DNA of 48,568 bases, taken from positions 1 through 48,568 of the forward strand of contig CAZGYJ010000001.1 of NCBI GenBank assembly GCA_964530345.1, given 5' to 3'. The position numbers and the translations under genes were made by a program. Below, in pieces: positions 38,902 to 46,966 of the stretch (position 1 is its first letter; every line of letters starts with the position of its first letter). Origin of the DNA: an uncultured Methylomonas sp. GTDB lineage: Bacteria; Pseudomonadota; Gammaproteobacteria; Methylococcales; Methylomonadaceae. The notes under the pieces were generated by a model. It was given only the letters and a program-made list of their open reading frames with translations, was not told the DNA's origin and did no database searches.

Positions 38902-39042
38902 GTTATAAATGGGAACTTAAAAAGGAAGCTTAATGTCAGATTTTCGGGTTTGTTTTCGGTAAAATCTATCTTATAAAAGCGGAATACGTCCTGTGACTAA
39001 ATCATTTAACAACATACACAACAAAAACCTTGAGGAGATCTC

Positions 39043-39789
39043 ATGAAAAAAATAAGTAAAACACCTTTAGCCGCCGCCATGGGCACTGCTGTCGTTTCCA
39101 CATTATCAGCTTCTGCAGTAAATGCTGAAGCCAATCCTTTTGGTCTCTCAGAATTATCTGAAGGTTACATGCAAACGGCAGAATACATCCCCTATAAAGG
39201 GGCTAAAAAAAGCAGCGCTAGCAGCAAAAAAGAAATGAGCTGCGGCGCTGGCATGGGAAAAAAGGAAGGTTCGTGCGGTGAAGGAAAGTGTGGAAACAAG
39301 GTCGATGCTAAAAAAATGGCAGAAGGAAAATGTGCAGCAGGGATGAAAAAATCAACGGCAAAAGCCAAAGAAGGTAAATGCGGAGAAGGCAAATGTTCCA
39401 GCATGATGGATGGCAATAAAATGAAAAAAGGCATGGAAATGTCTTGTGGCGCCATGATGAAAGGCAAGGAAGGAAAGTGTGGCATGATGGGTGGCGGCAT
39501 GAAGATGAAAGAAGGCAAGTGCGGCGAAGGAAAATGCGGCGACATGATGAAAGACGGTAAAATGAAAAAAGGTATGGAAAAATCTTGTGGCGCAATGATG
39601 AAAGGTAAGGAAGGTGAATGCGGCGCCATGAAACAAACCACCACAAAAGCAAAAGAAGGTAAATGTGGCGAGGGAAAATGTGGTGATATGATGGATGGCA
39701 ATAAAATGAAGAAAGGCATGGAAAAATCCTGTGGTGCCATGATGAAAGGCAAGGAAGGAAAATGTGGTAACAAGGTGAAATCTAAATAA
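39043..39789 (+). CDS. hvfA: HvfA-family-like RiPP metallophore precursor: Sec-exported Gly/Lys/Cys/Met low-complexity protein with EGKCG repeats
   Basis: 248 aa. GGAGA RBS. Signal peptide ...SASAVNA|EA. Conserved-looking NPFGLSELSEGYM block. 16 Cys (residues 67, 78, 83, 97, 113, 118, 135, 146, 160, 165, 182, 193, 208, 213, 230, 241). Fourteen Cys are followed by Gly and 8 sit in exact EGKCG. Immediately upstream of the DUF692 and DUF2063 genes. Confidence 0.85.
   Translation: MKKISKTPLAAAMGTAVVSTLSASAVNAEANPFGLSELSEGYMQTAEYIPYKGAKKSSASSKKEMSCGAGMGKKEGSCGEGKCGNKVDAKKMAEGKCAAGMKKSTAKAKEGKCGEGKCSSMMDGNKMKKGMEMSCGAMMKGKEGKCGMMGGGMKMKEGKCGEGKCGDMMKDGKMKKGMEKSCGAMMKGKEGECGAMKQTTTKAKEGKCGEGKCGDMMDGNKMKKGMEKSCGAMMKGKEGKCGNKVKSK
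39367..39786 (+). repeat. Three tandem ~47-aa (about 140-nt) coding repeats inside the precursor gene
   Basis: Units start at residues K109, K156 and K204. Each reads KEGKCGEGKC(G/S)-(D/S)MM-x-DG-x-KMKKGME(K/M)SCGAMMKGKEG(K/E)CG. Confidence 0.85.
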
Positions 39790-39794
39790 CAAAA

Positions 39795-39973
39795 CTGCCA
39801 GGCACAGCATCACTACCATTAAGTTAAGAGTATTTGCAATTTTGTAGGTCAGGTTAGCGGTAGCGTAACCCGACAAAATCTAGAAAATGTTGGGTTACGC
39901 TACCGCTAACCTGACCTACACTTTGTCTTAACTTCGTGGCAGTGAGACACAGCATGCATTCGCTGTGGCCTGG
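39795..39973. repeat. REPIN/MITE-like palindromic element between the precursor and maturase genes
   Basis: The core is a perfect 29-bp inverted repeat: tgtaggtcaggttagcggtagcgtaaccc (39843-39871) against gggttacgctaccgctaacctgacctaca (39892-39920). It extends to 32 bp with one G-U pair and has GTAG...CTAC ends. Outer imperfect arms are 39811-39829 / 39926-39944 (16 of 19 positions). An 8-nt direct repeat cacagcat lies at 39803-39810 and 39948-39955. Confidence 0.85.
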
Positions 39974-40009
39974 TAACATCTACTTTTTATACTTTTTAAA
40001 GGCGCCAGT

Positions 40010-40861
40010 ATGAATATCAAAAAAAATCCGATTAATGGTTCAGGATTGGGTTTACGCCGAAGCTTTCTCGATGAAATAGTGATGCAACCGCCCGAAGCGG
40101 TCGATTTTTACGAAGTTGCGCCGGAAAACTGGATCAATATTGGCGGTAAAATGGGCAAACAGTTTCGCGCCATGACCGAACGCTTTCCATTTATTGCTCA
40201 CGGCCTTTCACTTTCCATAGGCAGCCCGGACCCACTTGATGAAGAATTTCTAAGATCTGTTAAATCCTTTTTGGCTGAGCATCAAATACTGCTTTACAGC
40301 GAGCATCTCAGCTATTGCAGCTATGATGGTCATTTATATGACTTGATGCCCATTCCCTTTACCAGCGAGGCGATTACTTATGTTGCAGAACGCATCCGCC
40401 GGGTACAGGACATTCTGGAACAAAAAATAGCGATAGAAAATGTTTCCTATTACGCAGCGCCCGGCCAGGAAATGAATGAAATTGACTTTTTCAATGCGGT
40501 CGTCACTGAATCAGACTGCGACATTTTAATTGATATCAATAATATCTATGTTAACAGCATCAACCATGGATACGATGCCGAAGCCTTTTTAAAAGCCATT
40601 CCCGCACAACAAATCGCATACGCCCACATTGCCGGGCATTATGTTGAAGCTGAAGATTTTCTGGTAGACACCCACGGCGCAGAAGTCATTGATCCCGTTT
40701 GGAAATTATTAGGTAAAGCCTATGAGCTTTATGGAATCTTCCCAACATTACTGGAAAGAGATTTTAATATACCAGAAATGACGGAATTGGTACGGGAAGT
40801 CAAAACCATCAAGGCTGTACAGCAGTCCTGGAAAAATCAGCATGAAATAAAATCCGCTTGA
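40010..40861 (+). CDS. hvfB: DUF692 / multinuclear non-heme iron oxidase (MNIO, MbnB/HvfB/BufB family) RiPP maturase
   Basis: 283 aa. Family blocks GLGLRR, EVAPENW, HGLSLSIGS, SEHLSYCS, ENVSYY, DINNIYVNSINHG, HIAGH, VDTHG, LERDFNIP. Confidence 0.9.
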   Translation: MNIKKNPINGSGLGLRRSFLDEIVMQPPEAVDFYEVAPENWINIGGKMGKQFRAMTERFPFIAHGLSLSIGSPDPLDEEFLRSVKSFLAEHQILLYSEHLSYCSYDGHLYDLMPIPFTSEAITYVAERIRRVQDILEQKIAIENVSYYAAPGQEMNEIDFFNAVVTESDCDILIDINNIYVNSINHGYDAEAFLKAIPAQQIAYAHIAGHYVEAEDFLVDTHGAEVIDPVWKLLGKAYELYGIFPTLLERDFNIPEMTELVREVKTIKAVQQSWKNQHEIKSA

Positions 40862-40878
40862 TTTATTGATTATTTTTA

Positions 40879-41625
40879 ATGAACTTCCAACACAAACAAC
40901 ACGAATTCACATCTTTTATCCGCAACCCTGACACGCATCCTGCGCCACCCGATGTAAAACCGGATCGTATGGCGATGTACAGATCATTACTCTTCAACAA
41001 TATTGAAAGCTTTTTAGCCAGTAATTTTCCAGTCCTGAAAAAAATTATTCCCGAACAACACTGGATAGATATGGCGCAGGACTTTTTCAGCCAACACAGC
41101 AACAAATCACCTTATTTTGCTGAAATTGCCGAAGAATTTTTACAGTATCTCCAGGATGAAAGAAAACCTAACCCAAATGATCCACCTTTCATGCTTGAAC
41201 TTGCACATTATGAGTGGGTGGAAATGGCTGCAACAATTGCTACGGAACAACTGCCCGACAACTCCCCTGATGTAGAAAAACTGAATGAGAGCAGCCGTTT
41301 AAAACTGTCGCCTTTAGCATGGTCTTTAGCTTACCAATTTCCCGTGCATAAACTTTCCCCACAATACCAACCAGATTCAATACCAGAAATCCCGACCTTT
41401 TTGACTGTATTCAGGGATCGGGATGATGAAGTCAGATTTTTGGAAATACCGCCAATCACCTATCAAATGCTGGTGTTTGTCGAAGAAAACAAGGGCTTGA
41501 CTGTATCTGACTGTATCGCAAAATTGAACGCTACATTTACTGGAATCAATACTGACATAATTAAATCAGGAACAATCAAGACCATAGAGGAATTAGCCGA
41601 TAAAGATATTATATTTTTTGACTAG
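40879..41625 (+). CDS. hvfC: DUF2063-domain RiPP maturation partner (HvfC/BufC-like)
   Basis: 248 aa. N-terminal DUF2063-like pattern (QHEFTSFIRNPD...MAMYRSLLFNNIESFLASNFPVLKKII...W). Starts 17 nt after the MNIO stop. Confidence 0.8.
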   Translation: MNFQHKQHEFTSFIRNPDTHPAPPDVKPDRMAMYRSLLFNNIESFLASNFPVLKKIIPEQHWIDMAQDFFSQHSNKSPYFAEIAEEFLQYLQDERKPNPNDPPFMLELAHYEWVEMAATIATEQLPDNSPDVEKLNESSRLKLSPLAWSLAYQFPVHKLSPQYQPDSIPEIPTFLTVFRDRDDEVRFLEIPPITYQMLVFVEENKGLTVSDCIAKLNATFTGINTDIIKSGTIKTIEELADKDIIFFD

Positions 41626-41933
41626 TTATTTCTGCTCCGTGGAATATACACACCATTTTCCCGCCTGGTAAAAAACTGTTCAATTAAAGGATGACGTACC
41701 GGAGTTACAATATCACTCAGTTCCAGATTCTGCTCAGCAACATAAGTTTGATGAGTGCCATTGTCAACCAGAACATGGTACCAGGGCTGGTTTTTTGGAG
41801 GCCGACTTAAAGCCACCTGCTGATACCATTCATCACTACCGAGATATTTAAAATCCACGTCAAAAATCACTCCACGATAATTAAACAAAACATGATGAAT
41901 AATTTCCCCTATTGCGAATTTGGCTTGTTGCAT
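41622..41933 (-). CDS. hspQ: Heat shock protein HspQ (hemimethylated DNA-binding YccV family)
   Basis: 103 aa. KFAIGEIIHHVLFNYRGVIFDVD ... PWYHVLVDNGTHQTYVAEQNL parallels E. coli HspQ. 4-nt convergent overlap with the DUF2063 gene. Confidence 0.85.
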   Translation of the reverse strand: MQQAKFAIGEIIHHVLFNYRGVIFDVDFKYLGSDEWYQQVALSRPPKNQPWYHVLVDNGTHQTYVAEQNLELSDIVTPVRHPLIEQFFTRRENGVYIPRSRNN

Positions 41934-42038
41934 CTGCTTCCCTCCCCAGGAAGATACTTTTACCTATAGAAGACCAGCTAAGTATGATTTTTGCAAACTT
42001 GAACCTTCTTAAGTTAAACCATAAGGCTAATCATACAC

Positions 42039-43136
42039 ATGCGTACCGGTTATAGCCAATTACCATTACATGGCGGCAAAGCGCCTCGATGGCTGTTTCA
42101 AAGGATGACGCGCCTGGCAAGAGAGATCATTTGCCACTTGGTTGCAGAATATGGTGCCGAAGGCGCATTAAAACGATTGGCTGATCCATTCTGGTTTCAG
42201 GCATTTGGCTGCATTTTAGGCTTCGACTGGCATTCCAGCGGTATAACCACAACCACTTGCGGCGCAGTTAAAGAAGGCATTAAAGAGCTATCACACGAAC
42301 TGGGGTTTTTTGCGGCCGGAGGCAAAGGCGCAGTTTCAAGAAAAACCCCTGAGGAAATCGTTATGCATTGCGAAAAAACCGGCTATGATGCGGAAAAACT
42401 GGTAAAAGCCAGTCGTCTATCTGCCAAAGTTGACAGTTCCGCAATACAAGATGGTTTTCAAATTTATCATCATGCTTTCTTTTTTACTCGCTCTGGCAGA
42501 TGGTGCGTTGTTCAGCAAGGTATGAATGAAGATAGCGGCATGGCCAGACGATATCACTGGCTAGGTGATGATAATACCGATTTTGTGAATGAACCACATA
42601 CCGCAATCTGTTGCGATCATCGTGGCAAAGCATTAAATTTCGTTGCACGGGAAAGCAAAATTTCAAGATCCAGGGTAACAGAAATTGCTTCACAGCCCAA
42701 TCCGGAAATAGAAAAAACTATGTTCCACCGTCCAGAACTGATCATGCCACGTCGCCATTGGGTTCGAAGTGAAGATATCAATCCCAAATATCTTAAAAAG
42801 ATTTTACTTAAAACCTACGAACAAGCTCCTGCCGACTTTGAAAAATTATTGGCCATCCAGGGAGTAGGGCCAAAAACATTACGGGCATTGGCATTAACAG
42901 CAGAATTAATTTATGGCACTAAAACCAGCGTCCGTGATCCTGCCCGCTTTTCGTTTGCACATGGAGGCAAAGACGGCACACCTTATCCGGTAGACAGAAA
43001 AAATTATGAGACGACCATCGAAGTCCTTCATTCCGCTTTAAATCGAGCAAAACTGGATCAAAGCGACAAACGCGACGCCCTTAAAAGACTATCAAAATTT
43101 GCCGGGCATCCCCCGCCTACTGGGAATAAAAATTAG
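42039..43136 (+). CDS. DUF763 domain-containing protein
   Basis: 365 aa. N-terminal LPLHGGKAPRWLFQRM...DPFWFQAFGCILGFDWHSSG is typical of DUF763 as I remember it. An HhH-like GVGPKTLRALAL lies near the C-terminus. Confidence 0.65.
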   Translation: MRTGYSQLPLHGGKAPRWLFQRMTRLAREIICHLVAEYGAEGALKRLADPFWFQAFGCILGFDWHSSGITTTTCGAVKEGIKELSHELGFFAAGGKGAVSRKTPEEIVMHCEKTGYDAEKLVKASRLSAKVDSSAIQDGFQIYHHAFFFTRSGRWCVVQQGMNEDSGMARRYHWLGDDNTDFVNEPHTAICCDHRGKALNFVARESKISRSRVTEIASQPNPEIEKTMFHRPELIMPRRHWVRSEDINPKYLKKILLKTYEQAPADFEKLLAIQGVGPKTLRALALTAELIYGTKTSVRDPARFSFAHGGKDGTPYPVDRKNYETTIEVLHSALNRAKLDQSDKRDALKRLSKFAGHPPPTGNKN

Positions 43137-43214
43137 AACCAAAACCGGGTAAACTTACGTCTGAAAAATATCAACAAACCTAACAATGCCCGGTTTTAAA
43201 ACTAAGGAACGTGC

Positions 43215-44030
43215 ATGAAAAGATATATTGCTTTACTGTCCAGATTGATAAAAATACAAATGGGATTGTATTTTTCAGCCGCTATTATTGGCGCCATCGT
43301 CGGGGTTTTAATTTTTTATCCAATATACGACTTTGTCTTTTACCATGAGCATGGCGTTAAAAACCTGACTGTTTTTGAATACATCTCGGGTCGTCTCGTC
43401 GAATCATTGCAAGGAAAAACTCCGACAAAAACAAGTTTTTTTGCAAAAGTCGGAATGGTTTTTGGAATAATCTTGGCATGGATTTACGGTAAATTGCATA
43501 AAAAATTAGCGCAAATAGAGCAATTAACCATAGAATTACAACGAGATTTAAAATCGTCCATCCAGCAGGGCGAAGGCCCTTTGTTGGAATTCAAATCATC
43601 ATTCCGCTGGGACTACCAAAATACCTGTACCAATAAAAATATTGAAACAGCTGTTATTAAAACAATTGCTGGCTTCATGAATAGCTATACCGGAGGAACA
43701 TTATTGATTGGAGTTGCAGATAACGGCGAAATTTTAGGCCTCGAAAATGATTTTAAAACTTTAAGAAGAAAAGATACTGATGGCTATGAACAACTATTGA
43801 TGACATCAATTGCCACCAGTTTAGGTGCACGTTTTTGCCAAAATATACATATTTTATTCCATCTTGTTGATACTCGGTATGTCTGCCGAATAATCGTCAA
43901 TCCATCCGCATTTCCTGTATTTTTCAAACAAAACAAAGAAGCCAAGTTTTTTTTACGTACTGGAGGAGGCACAAGAGACCTCAATATTGAAGATGCTACC
44001 GAATATATTTCACAAAGATGGGCGCGCTAA
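43215..44030 (+). CDS. Membrane-anchored AlbA_2 (Schlafen-like, putative DNA/RNA-binding) domain protein
   Basis: 271 aa. Two N-terminal TM helices, then GEGPLLEFKSSFRWD ... GGTLLIGVADNGEILGLENDF, which is typical of AlbA_2. Confidence 0.65.
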   Translation: MKRYIALLSRLIKIQMGLYFSAAIIGAIVGVLIFYPIYDFVFYHEHGVKNLTVFEYISGRLVESLQGKTPTKTSFFAKVGMVFGIILAWIYGKLHKKLAQIEQLTIELQRDLKSSIQQGEGPLLEFKSSFRWDYQNTCTNKNIETAVIKTIAGFMNSYTGGTLLIGVADNGEILGLENDFKTLRRKDTDGYEQLLMTSIATSLGARFCQNIHILFHLVDTRYVCRIIVNPSAFPVFFKQNKEAKFFLRTGGGTRDLNIEDATEYISQRWAR

Positions 44031-44149
44031 TTTTAATGAATATAGGAAAAGTCACATTGAAATTTAGTAACACCTGAATCCGTGACTTTACAGCAAAATA
44101 AACGGCAAGAACTAATAGCAAACATCAAAAATATCCTGGAGTTACAACG

Positions 44150-45268
44150 ATGAAAACTCATTCGCTTATGCGATTGTCGGCCTATTGTCTAATTATTGTT
44201 TTGAGTCCTTTGTTAGCCGCTTGGCTGACTGAAAAACCCATCAGTAGCTACATGGTCTTCCCGCCCATCCCTCAAGCAAGCAAGCCCCAACCATTTTCCT
44301 GGGTCGCATTTCTACTCATCACTCTACTTGTCATCGCAAGTCTCAGCCCCTTTGTGGTGAAAATTGTTAGCTCTAAAATTTCTCAAGCAACAGGTCAAAG
44401 GAAAATACGGAGTTTTCCACTTTGGGGTTGGTTCGGGTTGCTTTTTTTGATTATCTTTTGGATTATCGCATGGACTCGTTTTCCGATGTTTGAATCAATC
44501 CAGAGATTCACTTTTGCCCCGCTATGGCTTGGTTATATCCTGGTAATAAATGCTCTAAGCTTTCGTAGAACCGGTCATTGCTGCTTAATAGACCGAACTG
44601 CTTATTTTGTTTGGTTATTCCCCTTAAGTGCTGTTTTTTGGTGGAGTTTTGAATACCTCAATCGCTTCGTTTCAAACTGGTATTACATTGGCGTTAGCGA
44701 TCTTAGCCCATGGGAATATTTTTTCCATTGTACGCTGCCCTTTTCAACCGTGTTGCCTGCTGTCCTTTCAACAGGCGAACTATTAAATACTTTTCCACGC
44801 ATTGATAGCGGACTGGACAAATTTCCAAAATTCCACATTTCTAAACCTCAGTTTTGGGCATGGTTCCTAATAGGTATAAGTGTGGTTACTCTAATGGGAC
44901 TTGCTATTTGGCCGCAGTATTTATTTTTTTTAGTGTGGGTAATCCCAATCCTATTAATTTCTGGTTTGCATTTATTAACCAAACAGCCGCCCTTGCTAAA
45001 GGAAATAACTGCTGGAAATTGGCAACGAATCTGGAGACTCGCTTTCGCTGGCCTCATTTGTGGTTTTTTTTGGGAAATGTGGAATATCAATAGCCTGGCT
45101 CACTGGGAATATAACGTACCGTATGTTCAACATTTCATGCTGTTTAAAATGCCGATTATTGGTTATGCTGGATATCTACCCTTTGGTATTGTCTGTGGAG
45201 TATTTACCGATTTCATTATGACGGCAAATATTTCTCACCCTCCAGAATCACCAAGCAATCTTTCGTAA
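44150..45268 (+). CDS. Hypothetical polytopic membrane protein
   Basis: 372 aa with about 9-10 hydrophobic segments and rich in Trp/Phe. No family recognised. Confidence 0.55.
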   Translation: MKTHSLMRLSAYCLIIVLSPLLAAWLTEKPISSYMVFPPIPQASKPQPFSWVAFLLITLLVIASLSPFVVKIVSSKISQATGQRKIRSFPLWGWFGLLFLIIFWIIAWTRFPMFESIQRFTFAPLWLGYILVINALSFRRTGHCCLIDRTAYFVWLFPLSAVFWWSFEYLNRFVSNWYYIGVSDLSPWEYFFHCTLPFSTVLPAVLSTGELLNTFPRIDSGLDKFPKFHISKPQFWAWFLIGISVVTLMGLAIWPQYLFFLVWVIPILLISGLHLLTKQPPLLKEITAGNWQRIWRLAFAGLICGFFWEMWNINSLAHWEYNVPYVQHFMLFKMPIIGYAGYLPFGIVCGVFTDFIMTANISHPPESPSNLS

Positions 45269-45429
45269 CACTAACAATATTATTCTGATCAGTGATTCAG
45301 GGGGGTGCCTTGCAAGACAACCGAACCTTTTTTCCGTTAACTCTACTTCCAAACCGACCTAAAGTCGTTCAAAATTGCTGTCAGTTGTCTATTGGCAGAA
45401 CACAAAACTGGAATTTACTAAATAAAATG

Positions 45430-45594
45430 GTAACTATTCAGCGTATTTAATTTAACTAAAATTTTTAAATATCAGTAGCTTATGGAAGAAGTGTATGTGT
45501 CATGGATGACACAATCAAGCCTACACGGACGTATTTACGGCGTCTTCTGGAATAAGTTACTGATATTGAAACTATAAATACGCTGAGTAGTTAC
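45430..45594. repeat. MITE/REP-like hairpin element (~165 bp) with terminal inverted repeats
   Basis: Left end gtaactattcagcgtattta (45430-45449) is the inverted copy of taaatacgctgagtagttac (45575-45594) with 1 mismatch in 20. Inner arms atatcagtagcttat / ataagttactgatat. Central palindrome gtgtcat-gg-atgacac (45497-45512). No coding capacity. Confidence 0.8.
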
Positions 45595-45766
45595 AAATAA
45601 AATAATGACTCCGTATTCCACGTAAATGAAAATAACCGGGGAGTGGTAAATCTTTTTCAGATTCAGAGAACTTTAATAACCAAATTTTGCCCATATATTG
45701 TAAATGGAAGGATTAACAAATCCATCTTTTTATTATCAAAGTTAATTTTATGAAGGGAGGGATATT

Positions 45767-46210
45767 ATGAAACTAACATGGATACTGGTCGCAGATAAAA
45801 GTCGTGCTAGGATTCTAAACGCAGAAACCGCCTCAAGAATTAAGGAAATAATTGATCTCACTCATCCCGAAGGTCGTCTGCATGAGCAGGAATTGACTAC
45901 TGATTTACCAGGTAAGGATGCAAATAAAGGGGCGCCTGGAAAACATGCTTTCCAAGATAAAATTGAACCGAAACAGCAAGAAGCAATTGACTTTGCTAAA
46001 CGTATTGCAAAATATATCGATGAGGCTCAAAATGAAAAGAAATTTGAACAATTGATGATTGTAGCTGAACCGTCATTTTTAGGAATTCTCCGCAAACAGT
46101 TTACTGATGAAGTTAAAGAGCGGATTAGTTTTGAGCTTGACAAAAATATCACTACACATAGTATCGAAGATATCCGCAAACACCTGCCATTACCTTTTTC
46201 AAAATTTTAG
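45767..46210 (+). CDS. Host attachment protein (Hap) family protein
   Basis: 147 aa. N-terminal WILVADKSRARIL and overall pattern. GGAGGG RBS. Confidence 0.65.
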   Translation: MKLTWILVADKSRARILNAETASRIKEIIDLTHPEGRLHEQELTTDLPGKDANKGAPGKHAFQDKIEPKQQEAIDFAKRIAKYIDEAQNEKKFEQLMIVAEPSFLGILRKQFTDEVKERISFELDKNITTHSIEDIRKHLPLPFSKF

Positions 46211-46262
46211 TGTTTAAAAACGTGATTAAGCGAAGCCAAGTAATATTGAGGGGGTTCAAATA

Positions 46263-46913
46263 ATGACAACACGACAAGCTATTTTGATTAATTTAGGTTT
46301 TACGCTGTTTTGGTTTGCTGCACCAAATTGGTCGCAAAACTCTAAGCAGGATTTATTAGCAAAAAACATGACTGATATTTCCGGTAAGACATTTCAAACA
46401 TTAAACAAAGCAATAAATGCAGGAGGAGATAGTCCAATGTCCATGAATTTAAAATCATCCGCATTTGAACATAATGGAGAAATTCCTGAGCGACACACAT
46501 GCGAAGGTAAAGATATTTCACCGGCATTATCCTGGTCTGATTTTCCAAAAAACACCAAGAGTTTTGCTCTAATTGTTGATGATCCCGATGCTCCTGATCC
46601 AGCCGCTCCCAAAATGACTTGGGTACATTGGATTTTATACAACATCCCCTCTGATGCAAAAGAGTTACCTGAAGCGGTAGCAGATAATGATTTGCCAACA
46701 GGAACCAGACCGGGACTTAATGATTGGAAAAAAATCGGTTACGGCGGCCCTTGTCCTCCCATTGGACGTCATCGTTATTTCTTTAAACTGTATGCACTTG
46801 ATACCGTATTGCCCGACTTGAACCAACCGACAAAGCCCGAACTGGAGAAGGCGATGCGTGGACATATTATTGGTCAAAGCGAACTCATCGGGACATATCA
46901 AAAACACAAATAA
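46263..46913 (+). CDS. YbhB/YbcL-family phosphatidylethanolamine-binding (Raf kinase inhibitor-like) protein, exported
   Basis: 216 aa. Signal peptide. IVDDPDAPD, WVHWILYNIP, GYGGPCPPIGRHRYFFKLYALD. Confidence 0.85.
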   Translation: MTTRQAILINLGFTLFWFAAPNWSQNSKQDLLAKNMTDISGKTFQTLNKAINAGGDSPMSMNLKSSAFEHNGEIPERHTCEGKDISPALSWSDFPKNTKSFALIVDDPDAPDPAAPKMTWVHWILYNIPSDAKELPEAVADNDLPTGTRPGLNDWKKIGYGGPCPPIGRHRYFFKLYALDTVLPDLNQPTKPELEKAMRGHIIGQSELIGTYQKHK

Positions 46914-46966
46914 CTTTTGGCAAATATTTTTCTACAGCATGAGTATACAATCATCCTACCCAACCG

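Noticed and set aside
39192-39876. Three long minus-strand ORFs (193, 114 and 174 aa) across the precursor gene
   Set aside because: They are mirror-image artefacts of the low-complexity repeat (F/P/H/S-rich translations). They have no RBS and overlap a gene with a signal peptide, a RBS and functional context.
39043-41625. Canonical methanobactin (mbnABC) operon
   Set aside because: The precursor is a 248-aa Sec-exported repeat protein, not a short leader/core peptide. The partner of the DUF692 enzyme is DUF2063 rather than MbnC. No TonB-dependent receptor, MATE exporter or aminotransferase gene is adjacent. The HvfABC/bufferin-type call fits better.
43141-43197. aaaaccggg ... cccggtttt inverted repeat after the DUF763 gene, considered as a terminator
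   Set aside because: The 9-bp stem has a 39-nt loop, which is not a convincing intrinsic terminator.
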